A stretch of DNA of 64,000 bases from Anaeromyxobacteraceae bacterium (GCA_032654565.1 JAULAX010000017.1:96001-160000), one strand, 5' to 3'; shown: positions 51,773-60,106, numbered from the stretch's first letter. Made by a program: numbers and translations. The notes: a model not told the origin generated them from the letters alone.

Positions 51773-51778
51773 GGTGGC

Positions 51779-52063
51779 TCACGCTGGCGGCGCGAGCAGC
51801 CCTTCGGTGGTCAGCTCGGCCAGCAGCGCGGCCACGTCGGCGCCGATCGCGGCCGGGTCGGCCTCCGGGAAGCTGGCGGCGAGGCTGCGGGCGACGGCGA
51901 CGGCGTCGGTGGCGGCGCCCGCGGAGATGAGCTTCCAGACCCGCACGCCGGTCGGGTTGAGCGTGAAGTAGCACCTGCTGCCGACGTGGAGGAGCACGCC
52001 GGTGCCGTCCTTCAGCTCGGTCAGGACCACCTCATCGCTCGGCTTCAGCCCGGCCACACCCAC
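51779..52063 (-). CDS. Stand-alone PqqD/RRE (lasso B1-like) leader-binding protein
   Basis: 94 aa: 'GVLLHV..RCYFTLNPTGVRVWKLI...DVAALLAELTTEGLL'. GGAGG RBS upstream. Confidence 0.88.
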   Translation of the reverse strand: MGVAGLKPSDEVVLTELKDGTGVLLHVGSRCYFTLNPTGVRVWKLISAGAATDAVAVARSLAASFPEADPAAIGADVAALLAELTTEGLLAPPA

Positions 52064-52129
52064 CTCCAGCTTGGTTCCGCCGAGCCTACCCGGAAGCCGG
52101 GCCGGGGCGAAGCCGGCCGGCGAGGCGGC

Positions 52130-53113
52130 TCAGCGCGCGAAGACGGCGCCGAAGGCCTGGCCGGGGCACGACGTCAGCCGGTGCTTGACCGCGCCGGTGG
52201 CGTAGTCGAGCAGGTAGAGGTCGTAGCCGCTCCCGGTCCGGCGCGAGACGGCCACCGAGGCGTTGCTTGCGTCGACGGCCGGGTCGGCCTCGTTGCCGTT
52301 GGAGATGACCCGCGTGGTCTTCCCGGCCAGGTCGAACGAGACCAACTCGGTGGGAATGGAGCCGGCGCCGGTGCTGGAGAAGCGGGCGTAGACCAGGGCG
52401 GCGCCATCGGCGGTGAGGTCGAACTTGCTGGAGAGACCGGAGCCGAAGGTGACCTGGGCCGGGTTGGCGCCGCTCGCCTCCACCGTCCAGAGCTCCTGGC
52501 CGGCCTGGTAGGAGAGGTAGTAGAGCCGGGCGCCGTCCGGAGACCAGCGGGGCAGCGTGGCGGCGGCCGGGTCGGTGGTGAGCCGGACCACGGCGCCACC
52601 GGCGACCGGGACGGTGAAGAGGTCGGTCCAGCCGCCGGTCACCGACAGGCTCCCCTCGAAGGCGATGGTGGCGCCGTCCGGCGAGACCGACGGCGTCGCG
52701 GCCAGCAGCGGCTCGGCGGTCGCCGGGGGCGGGGCCAGGGCGAAGCTGGTGGGGAGCGGCGACTCCACCCCCGACACGAGGTCGAGCAGGTAGAGCTGGT
52801 TCCGGCCGGTGCGCGTGGACGAGTAGGCGAGCCGCTGGCCGCCCGGGAAGAAGGCCGGCACCCCGTAGTAGGCGTCGTCGACGGTGACCCGCTGGGCGCA
52901 GCTGCCGTCGGCCCTGGAGATGAAGAGGGCCGGGTTGGAGCCACCGTCCTTGATGAAGGCGTAGGCCAGCCAGCCGGGCCCGGGGACGCAGCCGGCGGGG
53001 CGCGCGGTGGAGGCCGGGTAGCTGTCGGCGGTGCAGGCGGGGGGCGGGAGCTCGGTGTTCCAGCAGGCCGCCAGGGTCACCGCCAGCAGCAGCGTGAGGG
53101 GGCGGCGGGGCAC
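52130..53113 (-). CDS. TolB-like beta-propeller lipoprotein
   Basis: Lipobox LAAC and PD40-like repeats 'PSVSPDGATIAF', 'PRWSPDGARLYY', 'PAFFPGGQRLAYSS'. Confidence 0.78.
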   Translation of the reverse strand: MPRRPLTLLLAVTLAACWNTELPPPACTADSYPASTARPAGCVPGPGWLAYAFIKDGGSNPALFISRADGSCAQRVTVDDAYYGVPAFFPGGQRLAYSSTRTGRNQLYLLDLVSGVESPLPTSFALAPPPATAEPLLAATPSVSPDGATIAFEGSLSVTGGWTDLFTVPVAGGAVVRLTTDPAAATLPRWSPDGARLYYLSYQAGQELWTVEASGANPAQVTFGSGLSSKFDLTADGAALVYARFSSTGAGSIPTELVSFDLAGKTTRVISNGNEADPAVDASNASVAVSRRTGSGYDLYLLDYATGAVKHRLTSCPGQAFGAVFAR

Positions 53114-53118
53114 GGGAT

Positions 53119-53313
53119 TCAGGGGTCGCCGATGAAGCCTGGACCGCCCGGTGTTGGCCTGCAGATCAGGCCGACGGCGCAGCTTAGCGTGATGGACTCA
53201 AGCGACCGCTTGCCGGTCAGGCGCGGCGCCACGTACGGCTGGCGAGCGGGCGAGCCCTTCGGCTGGCCGATCACCTGGGGGATTGAAACGCCCGTGGTCA
53301 GCTCGTTCTTCAT
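53119..53313 (-). CDS. RiPP precursor peptide with lasso-type leader
   Basis: 64 aa with YVAPRL and T-2 at canonical spacing. Predicted core SCAVGLICRPTPGGPGFIGDP. Packed tightly between two co-oriented genes. Confidence 0.78.
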   Translation of the reverse strand: MKNELTTGVSIPQVIGQPKGSPARQPYVAPRLTGKRSLESITLSCAVGLICRPTPGGPGFIGDP

Positions 53314-53320
53314 GGCCTGC

Positions 53321-54307
53321 CTACCTCGCCACGACCTGGAAGACCGGGTTGATCGCCTGGGACCCGACTGTCGTCACGTTGCTGCCGGGGAGCCTGAACG
53401 CGGGGCGGAGGGTCCACTGGTACCAGTAGCCGACCGGGACCGTGGCGGTGGCCTGCTTGTTCGTGGTGACGCTGGCCTGACGGATGATGGTCAGGCAGGC
53501 GGCCGGGTCGAAGGCGCCGGTCGAGACTGCGTTGCACTGCCTGATCGCCAGCTCGGAGCCGCGTCCAGTCGGCAGGGCGACCAGACTGCCTGCCGGCGTG
53601 GTCCCGTCGGCGGTCTTGTCTTCTGTCCAGGCGAAGGAGACCTTGTAGGTGCTGCTCCGGGTCCTGAAGACACGTCCGTTGGTCGGACCGGTGATGCTGG
53701 GCAGCGCCGGGACGATCTCGGCCCAGAGCTGGCCGTCGAACCAGAAGGCGCCGTTGTCTGGGAGCTGCAGCCCCCACTTGCGCGAGCGCCTGGGCTGGCC
53801 CTGCGGGCCCGCGTCGAGCGCATCGTACCGGTAGAGGTGGATGTTCGGGTTGAGCGATCCGGTGAAGGTGCCGGCCGAGTCCTTGGGGCCGCAGAAGGTC
53901 TGTCCGCCGCTCACCGAGGTGATGCGGACGTAGACGTTGCGGAGCTGCTCCTTGAAGCCGGTGAGCACCTCGACGTCGGCGTACATGATCTCCGGGGAGC
54001 CGAGATCGCAGCCGGAGAGGTAGCCGACCCCGCCCGAGGCGAAGGCGACGTTGGAGCTGTAGAGCTGGAGCGTCCCGCTCGAGGCGGTGAGGGGATCGCC
54101 GTTGTGATCCTGGGTGATGAGGCTGATGGCGGCCAGGGGCCCGGCCATGATCTGGAACCGGCCGGCGGCCGGCTCGGCGAAGCCGGTGAAGCCGATCTGC
54201 TGCTGGACCGGCGCCGAGGCCTCGGAAGGGGCTTGCGGCGCCTCGCCACAGCCGGCGACCAACGCGATGGCGCCCAGACAGAGAGTGCGCGCGAACTGGC
54301 GGTACAT
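53321..54307 (-). CDS. Hypothetical beta-rich lipoprotein
   Basis: Lipobox LVAGC, strong GGAGGAG RBS, Thr/Ser/Gly-rich with additional Cys. No family recognised. Confidence 0.7.
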   Translation of the reverse strand: MYRQFARTLCLGAIALVAGCGEAPQAPSEASAPVQQQIGFTGFAEPAAGRFQIMAGPLAAISLITQDHNGDPLTASSGTLQLYSSNVAFASGGVGYLSGCDLGSPEIMYADVEVLTGFKEQLRNVYVRITSVSGGQTFCGPKDSAGTFTGSLNPNIHLYRYDALDAGPQGQPRRSRKWGLQLPDNGAFWFDGQLWAEIVPALPSITGPTNGRVFRTRSSTYKVSFAWTEDKTADGTTPAGSLVALPTGRGSELAIRQCNAVSTGAFDPAACLTIIRQASVTTNKQATATVPVGYWYQWTLRPAFRLPGSNVTTVGSQAINPVFQVVAR

Positions 54308-54360
54308 GTTGGGTGCTCCTCCCTTTCGGCGCGGCCTGCAGCTTGCGCGGAATCAAGACG

Positions 54361-54433
54361 TAACTACCCTGTCGGGGAGGGTTCTGCAAGTTTCGAGCCT
54401 GTAGGTAGCAGCCCTACTTGTCACACCACAAGT
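54361..54433 (-). promoter_or_regulatory. Putative internal sigma70 promoter with upstream palindromic operator
   Basis: Minus strand TTGCAG-N17-TAGTTA. Palindrome ACTTGT-N6-ACAAGT at 54416-54433. Confidence 0.4.
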
Positions 54434-54453
54434 CAGGCGTCCGCCGTTGTGCG

Positions 54454-55185
54454 TCATTCCCAGGAAGCTATGAGGGATTCCCTCGAAAGTTCGGAGAGCA
54501 GCGCGTCGATATCCGACCGGATCCTGACCGCATCGACCGCGGGGAAGTCGGTGGCCAGCAGCCCCGCCAGCTCCCCGGCGTCGCGGACCCCGCCATCGAT
54601 CAGCTTCCAGGCCCTCACGCCGGAGGGATTGAGCGTGAAGTAGAACCCGTTCCGCAGGTGGAGCAGCACGCCGGTGCCGTCGCGCAGCTCGGTCAGCACC
54701 ACGTCGTCGCTGCCGGTGATCCCGGCCCCGGTCCGGGCCTCGCGACGGCGCCGCGGCAGGGACGGGTCGGCGGGCCAGGCGTAGGCCACGGCGTAGTCGT
54801 CGCCGGGCCCGGGCGTGCTGACGATGGCCTGGCCGTCGCGCTCCAGCCAGGCGTGGGCCCGCAGCTCATCGCCATCCTTGCGGACGCCGATGAGGAAGCG
54901 GACCTCCTGCCCGGCGGCGCGGAGCAGGGCGTAGCTGCCGAGGGCGCGGTAGAGGCAGGTGGTGGGCCAGAGCCGGAGCGGCCGGAAGAGCGCCTCGGAG
55001 AGCCGGCGGGTCTCGTCGCCGGGCGGCGCCCCCGGCTCGGCCGGCCAATCGAGCGACTCCAGCAGGGCGGGGAGCGCCCGGCGCCGCACCAGGAAGGGCA
55101 GGGCGGCCCGCAGCAGCAGCCCCCGGACCGCCTGGCGGAGCCGGTGGAGCGGGGCCGGTCGGGCCCGTGGCGCCGGGGCGCTCAC
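54454..55185 (-). CDS. Lasso B2-type transglutaminase-like leader peptidase fused to a C-terminal PqqD/RRE
   Basis: 'TCLYRALG', 'IGVR' and 'AHAWLE', then 'DGTGVLLHLRNGFYFTLNPSGVRAWKLI'. Confidence 0.85.
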   Translation of the reverse strand: MSAPAPRARPAPLHRLRQAVRGLLLRAALPFLVRRRALPALLESLDWPAEPGAPPGDETRRLSEALFRPLRLWPTTCLYRALGSYALLRAAGQEVRFLIGVRKDGDELRAHAWLERDGQAIVSTPGPGDDYAVAYAWPADPSLPRRRREARTGAGITGSDDVVLTELRDGTGVLLHLRNGFYFTLNPSGVRAWKLIDGGVRDAGELAGLLATDFPAVDAVRIRSDIDALLSELSRESLIASWE

Positions 55186-56573
55186 CCGGCCTGGATCGGC
55201 TCCAGGCAGAGCGCCTTGTTGAGGGCGGCGATGGCCTTCTTGTAGTCGCCCCGCTCGATGACGAACTGCATGTTGATCTGCCGCAGCGACTGCGACACGC
55301 AGTTGACGTTGATCTTGCTCTCGGCCAGCACCTGCGCGGCCCGGGCCAGCACGCCGGGGATGGCGATGTTCGACCCGATGACGCAGACCACCGCCGACGG
55401 CTTCACGGTCACCAGCTCGTAGGTGTTCTCCAGCTCCTCGATGAAGCTGGGCGTCGCCGACTTCTCCCAGATGATGTGGGTGATGGAGTTGGCGTTGGTG
55501 GCCTTCAGGATGTAGCTCACCCCGTGGCGCTGGAAGATCTGCATCAGCCCGAGGTCGAAGCCCACCGTCCCCACCATGCTGGGGTCGTGGATCTCCACGA
55601 TGGTCACCTTGGGCGTGCCGGCGATCACCTCGATGCGGGCCTGCTTGCCCACGTAGTCCTTGGTGATCAGCGTCCCCGGGTGGTCGGGCTCGAAGGTGTT
55701 CTTGAGCCGGATGGGGATGCCGGCCAGCTCCATGGGCTTGGCCGCCTTGGGGTGGATGGCCTCCATGCCCACGTCGGCCAGCTGGTCCGCCACGTCGTAG
55801 TTGGTGTTGCCCACCACCACGGTGTTGCCGGCGCCGACGATCTCCGGGTCGGCCGAGGAGAGGTGGAACTCCTTGTGGATGACCGCCTCGTCGGCCTTCA
55901 GCTCCACCGCCACCTTGCAGAAGGTGACCTCGGAGTAGCCGCGGTCGAACTCCCGCATGATGCCCTCGACCCCCTTGGTGTAGCCGGTCACCACCACCAC
56001 CTGCCGGGCCAGGTCCACGCCCTTGAAGGACTCGTGGATGCGCTCGTCGATGGTGAGCGGCTCGTCGTCGTCGAAGCCGGAGAGGTCGAGCAGCAGCGAG
56101 GGGATCCCCTTGGCCTTCAGGATCTCCACGCTGTTGAAGGCGGAGTGGGCCTCGCCGATGGCGGCCAGCATCTCGCGCCCGGCCAGCAGCACGCTCTCGC
56201 GCTTCAGGTAGCCGCTGGCCAGCACGTGGCGCATCGAGTCCAGGTACTCCTTGAGCACCCCCATGCGCTGGCTGATGAAGCCGTCGGCCACCGCCAGCGG
56301 CAGCCCCAGCGGCGCCATCCCCTTGTTGAGCTCCTTCAGCTTGCCGGTGAGCGCGTCGAGGGCGCCGGTGTAGTCGCCGCCGGCCGCGAAGGTGGCGTAG
56401 ACCCCCTGCTCGCCGGTCTTCTTGTGCTCGAGCAGCTGGTTGGTCACGCCGGAGTAGGCGGACACCACGTAGACCCGGCCGAAGACGTTGGTCGGGTCAC
56501 GCAGGATGATGTTCTTGATGACGTCCTCGAAGTGCGACATCGAGGTGCCGCCGATCTTCTCGACGGTGATCAT
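55182..56573 (-). CDS. ask: Aspartate kinase resembling the ectoine-associated Ask_Ect clade
   Basis: 'TVEKIGGTSMS', 'VVSAYSGVTNQLLEHKKTG', 'FDRGYSEVTF', 'IHKEFHLSSADP', C-terminal ACT-like region. Confidence 0.9.
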   Translation of the reverse strand: MITVEKIGGTSMSHFEDVIKNIILRDPTNVFGRVYVVSAYSGVTNQLLEHKKTGEQGVYATFAAGGDYTGALDALTGKLKELNKGMAPLGLPLAVADGFISQRMGVLKEYLDSMRHVLASGYLKRESVLLAGREMLAAIGEAHSAFNSVEILKAKGIPSLLLDLSGFDDDEPLTIDERIHESFKGVDLARQVVVVTGYTKGVEGIMREFDRGYSEVTFCKVAVELKADEAVIHKEFHLSSADPEIVGAGNTVVVGNTNYDVADQLADVGMEAIHPKAAKPMELAGIPIRLKNTFEPDHPGTLITKDYVGKQARIEVIAGTPKVTIVEIHDPSMVGTVGFDLGLMQIFQRHGVSYILKATNANSITHIIWEKSATPSFIEELENTYELVTVKPSAVVCVIGSNIAIPGVLARAAQVLAESKINVNCVSQSLRQINMQFVIERGDYKKAIAALNKALCLEPIQAG

Positions 56574-56701
56574 GGTCTGGCTCCGTTTCGGGCGCGGGTG
56601 GCGAGCTTTGGGGGGCAAGAAATAACCACGTTTTTCGGCTGCTGGCCACCGCTCCGTCGCCGCACCCCCGGTCGAGCCCGGTTCTTGCTTCGCTGCCGGC
56701 C

Positions 56702-57178
56702 ATGGCCCACCGGCTCGCCCTCGTCGTCGCCCTCCTGCCGCTGCTCGGCGCCGCCTCCCTCCGCGCCTGGCTCCGCCCGGCGCCGCCCCCGCCCGGCTGC
56801 CTGCCGGTGGCGCTGGGGGTGCCGCCGCGCCACTGGCTGGGGTGCCTGGTGGGGGAGGGGGTGGAGCGTGCGCAGGCGTTGCCGGTCCAGGGGCCCCGGC
56901 GGGTCGCGGGGCCCGGGTCGCCGACGGGGATGAGGCCGCTGGCCGACGAGGAGCGGCTGCTGCTCGGCCTGCCGCTCGACCTCAACTCGGCGCGGCCCGA
57001 GGCGCTGGCCTTCGTCCCCGGCCTGAGCCGCAGCCTGGCGGTCGCCGTGGCGGCCGATCGGACGAACCGCGGACCCTTCGAGCGGGTCGACGACCTCCGG
57101 CGGGTGAGCGGTATCGGCGAGAAGCGGCTGGAGAAGGCGCGGGGGACGCTGTTCGTTGGGGGGGCGGTAGGGCCCTGA
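56702..57178 (+). CDS. ComEA-like helix-hairpin-helix DNA-binding protein
   Basis: 'LDLNSA', 'VPGL', 'RGPFERVDDLRRVSGIGEKRLE'. Confidence 0.85.
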   Translation: MAHRLALVVALLPLLGAASLRAWLRPAPPPPGCLPVALGVPPRHWLGCLVGEGVERAQALPVQGPRRVAGPGSPTGMRPLADEERLLLGLPLDLNSARPEALAFVPGLSRSLAVAVAADRTNRGPFERVDDLRRVSGIGEKRLEKARGTLFVGGAVGP

Positions 57179-57182
57179 GGCC

Positions 57183-57228
57183 AGACCGCCCGCGACGCTA
57201 GACCGCCCGCGACGCTAGACCGCCCGCG
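57183..57228. repeat. 17-bp tandem repeat (about 2.7 copies) over a stop codon
   Basis: AGACCGCCCGCGACGCT x2 followed by AGACCGCCCGCG. Confidence 0.85.
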
Positions 57229-58066
57229 GCCGCTTGAGCTGGCCGCGCGCCCTGGCCCGCTTGGCGAGGACCAGGTCGAGCCCTGCTTCCAGCACCTGCC
57301 CCGTGGTGGCGCCCGGCATGGCGTGCGAGAGGCCGTCGCGGGCGTCGGCCAGCTTCTTCAAGAACTGGCGGCTGACGGTGACGTGGATCCGGGAGAGGTC
57401 GGCGGTGAGAGGCTCGACCTCGTCGCGCTTGGCGATCAAACAGGCGCCTCCCCCATTCGCAACTTCGTGCGCACGAAGTTGCGAAGGAGGGACCACGCTC
57501 GGGATCTGCGGGGCACACCTTGGGCTGGCCAGCGCGAGCCCGGACTGGGCGATCGGCAGGCGAAGGACCGACCGCGCCTGCGGGGTCACGACCGTGCGCG
57601 TGGGTGGCGCCGCGCGCGGCAGCAGTTCGGCGACCAGCTCCTTCGCCTCCCGCGACGAGGCGCCGTAGAAGCGCGTCAGCACCAGGTCGCGGTTCTCCTC
57701 GGTGAGCACCCGGGCCAGCTCGGCCGTTGTCGTCAAGCAGAGCCGGCCGTCGCGGAGCGGTTCGGCCAGGTCCGGGAAGCGCTGGAGGAGCCTGGCCGCG
57801 CTCATCCGCCAGAAGGAACTGGGGCCGGGCAGCTTCAGCTCGGCGTGAAGGAAGGCGAACAGGCTGGCGTGGCCGAGCGGCTCCCAGCCGCGCTGTCGGT
57901 CGAAGTCGGCCAGGGCGACAAGGAAGTCGGCCATGGCGGCCTGTTCGTGGCGGAGCAGGCGGGCGAGGGCGTCGCGGAGTCTCCGCGCGTCGCAGAGTTC
58001 GAGGGGAAGCGTGACCGGAGCGGAGGCCGCGGCCGAGGAGGGGGTCGGGTGCGCGTGTGAGTTCAT
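57215..58066 (-). pseudogene. Myxobacterial HNH-endonuclease/DUF222-like protein lacking the C-terminal HNH domain
   Basis: The N-terminal region 'ADFLVALADFD..RGWEPLGHASLFAFL' and 'LSHAMPG' resembles the repeated Anaeromyxobacter HNH family. The ORF stops before any HNH motif, inside a tandem duplication. Confidence 0.55.
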
Positions 58067-58537
58067 GCACCGATCGTCTCACGGGAATTTCGGCCCTCCC
58101 CAAACGCACGCAGGCGGCGCAGGGAAGGGGACCGTGGCCGCGGCCTCGCGACCCCGGCCGGAGTCGCCGAACGCTCGCCAGCGGAGGCCACGGGCCGCCA
58201 GGCTGGCCTCCTGGTGAGACTTCACTGGCCGTGCGCCGATTCGGTCGAAAACCTGTCAAGCCGGGACCGCGGAACTTTGGGTATATGCGCGAAGAAAACC
58301 TTACGGCCGCAGCGCATCCGTGAGTTCGGCCACCTTCGCCGGCCACCTTCGCCCGCGACCTGGGCCAGCGACCTGCCCCCTCGGCCTGCGACTCGCGGCC
58401 TGGGCCAGCAACCTGCGCCCCCGGCATGCAACTCGCGACCGCTTGCGGCCACCAGCGCGCCCAACCTCCCCCGCCCGTAGCGCCCCGGCGCCACACCGGG
58501 TAAAGAGGATACCCACAGGGGGCTGGGAGGCCGTTCG

Positions 58538-60106
58538 GTGATCATCCGCTGCGAACGCTGCTCGACGCTCTACGATCTCGACGAAGCGCTCCTCGCGCCG
58601 GAGGGCTCGCCGGTCCAGTGCGCCAAGTGCCAGGCGGTCTTCACCGCCACGCCGCCGAAGCCGGGCGCGTCGCCCGGCGGCCAGTCCACCGCCGCGCAGG
58701 CGGCCTCGCCTCCGGCCGCCACCACCGCCGGCACCTCCGCCACACCCTCGAGCGCCGCCTCCGCCTTCTCCTCCGCGGGCGCCGCCTCGTCCCCCCCGCC
58801 CTCGCCCGCCTCGCCAACCGGCGTTCCGCCCGCGCCCGCCAGCCCGTCCGCCGCCGCCCCTCGCGCCACCCGCACCGGCCCAAACATCTACCGCCCCCCG
58901 CAGCCTCCGCCCGCGCCGCCCCCGGCCCGTGGTCGCGCCCGCGCCGGCGCCCCGCCCCGCGACGCCGTCACCGCCATGGACGCCCGGCTCCGCGCCATGG
59001 CCCGCTGGAAGCTGGCGATCATCCCGGCCGCGCTGGCGCTGGTGGCGCTGCTGGCCTGGGGCGGATGGTCGGCCTGGAAGCGGCGCCCCGATCCCGAGAC
59101 GCAGCGGCAGCGGGCCGAGGCCATGGCGCTCATCGCCCAGGACGACGCCGCCAGCCTGGGGCGCGCCACCGACCTGCTCGACGCCATCCAGCAGGGCGAT
59201 CGCCCGTCGAGCGGTGCCGCCGGTGAGCGCGGCCTGGCCCGGGCGCTGCTCGCGGCCGCCCTCGCCGACGAGGTGGAGCCGCTCGCCGAGCGTCAGGCCG
59301 CCGCGGCCGCCGAGAAGGCCCGGCTGGAGCGCGAGCAGCCGCCCGGCTTCGAGGACGCGCTGCGGGCCCTGGCCATGGAGGCCACCCGCGCCGAAGTGGA
59401 GCTGGCCCCGCGGCGGAAGAAGCTGGAGGCGCTGGTGGCTCACGCCGCCGACGAGCTGAAGGCGTTGGGCGCCGATCCCAGGGGGGCGCGCGAGGCGGCC
59501 CGCGGGCAGGCGATCCTGGCCGTGCTCGCCGAGGACGCCGGGGAGGTGGAGCGGGCGGTGACGCTGCTGCGGAAGCCGGGGCAGGATCCCTGGGCCGACC
59601 TCGCCGAGCTCTGGCTGGCGGTCCGGCAGGACGGGGCGGCGCGCGACCGGGCCATCCCCGGGCTGGTGACGCTGGCCGCCACGCACCCCGAGCTGATCCG
59701 GGCCCGCTTCGTCCTGGCCCGCGCCCTGCTGGTGGCCGGCCGGCGCGAGGAGGCCATCTCGGTGGTGGCCCGCCTGCTCTCCGCCAACCCGCACCACGAG
59801 CGGGCCCAGCGGCTGCGCACCCAGCTGGCGGTCAAGCCGCCGCCGCCCCCGCCGCCGGTGGCGCCGGAGCCGCCCCGCCCCGCCTGGACGCCGAGGGCCG
59901 CGCCGCCGCCCGGCCCGGCCGCCGTCAACGTGCTGGTGGCGCCGGTGGTGGTGCCCCCGGCCGCCGCCGGCAACCTGCCCCCCGCGACCACACCCGCCGT
60001 CCAGCCCGCCAGCCCTGCCCCGGTCGAGGTGCCGTTGCCGCCGCCGCCGCAGCCGGCGCCGAAGCCACGGCCGCCGCTACCCGAGGTGGAGACGCCGGCG
60101 GGGTAG
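58538..60106 (+). CDS. Zinc-ribbon (MJ0042-finger-like) membrane-anchored protein with Pro-rich linkers and TPR-like region
   Basis: 'MIIRCERCSTLY...VQCAKCQAVF', one TM helix and a helical C-terminal part. Confidence 0.8.
   Translation: MIIRCERCSTLYDLDEALLAPEGSPVQCAKCQAVFTATPPKPGASPGGQSTAAQAASPPAATTAGTSATPSSAASAFSSAGAASSPPPSPASPTGVPPAPASPSAAAPRATRTGPNIYRPPQPPPAPPPARGRARAGAPPRDAVTAMDARLRAMARWKLAIIPAALALVALLAWGGWSAWKRRPDPETQRQRAEAMALIAQDDAASLGRATDLLDAIQQGDRPSSGAAGERGLARALLAAALADEVEPLAERQAAAAAEKARLEREQPPGFEDALRALAMEATRAEVELAPRRKKLEALVAHAADELKALGADPRGAREAARGQAILAVLAEDAGEVERAVTLLRKPGQDPWADLAELWLAVRQDGAARDRAIPGLVTLAATHPELIRARFVLARALLVAGRREEAISVVARLLSANPHHERAQRLRTQLAVKPPPPPPPVAPEPPRPAWTPRAAPPPGPAAVNVLVAPVVVPPAAAGNLPPATTPAVQPASPAPVEVPLPPPPQPAPKPRPPLPEVETPAG

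Noticed and set aside
50495..54643. 1382-aa plus-strand ORF and other long antisense ORFs (e.g. 44444-47665, 9735-12647, 6495-9128)
   Set aside because: These are shadow ORFs expected in very GC-rich DNA. They overlap well-supported genes and carry no recognisable motifs.
49617..55185. Calling the locus a canonical lasso peptide cluster
   Set aside because: There is no lasso cyclase gene in the window and no Asp/Glu at core positions 7-9.
55182..56573. Ectoine biosynthesis cluster
   Set aside because: Only the aspartate kinase is present, and ectA, ectB and ectC are not in the window.
58067..58537. Intergenic short repeats (GGCCACCTTCGCC x2, CCTGGGCCAGC x2) and short ORFs as an ncRNA or small gene
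   Set aside because: No consistent structure, RBS or coding signal that I could support.
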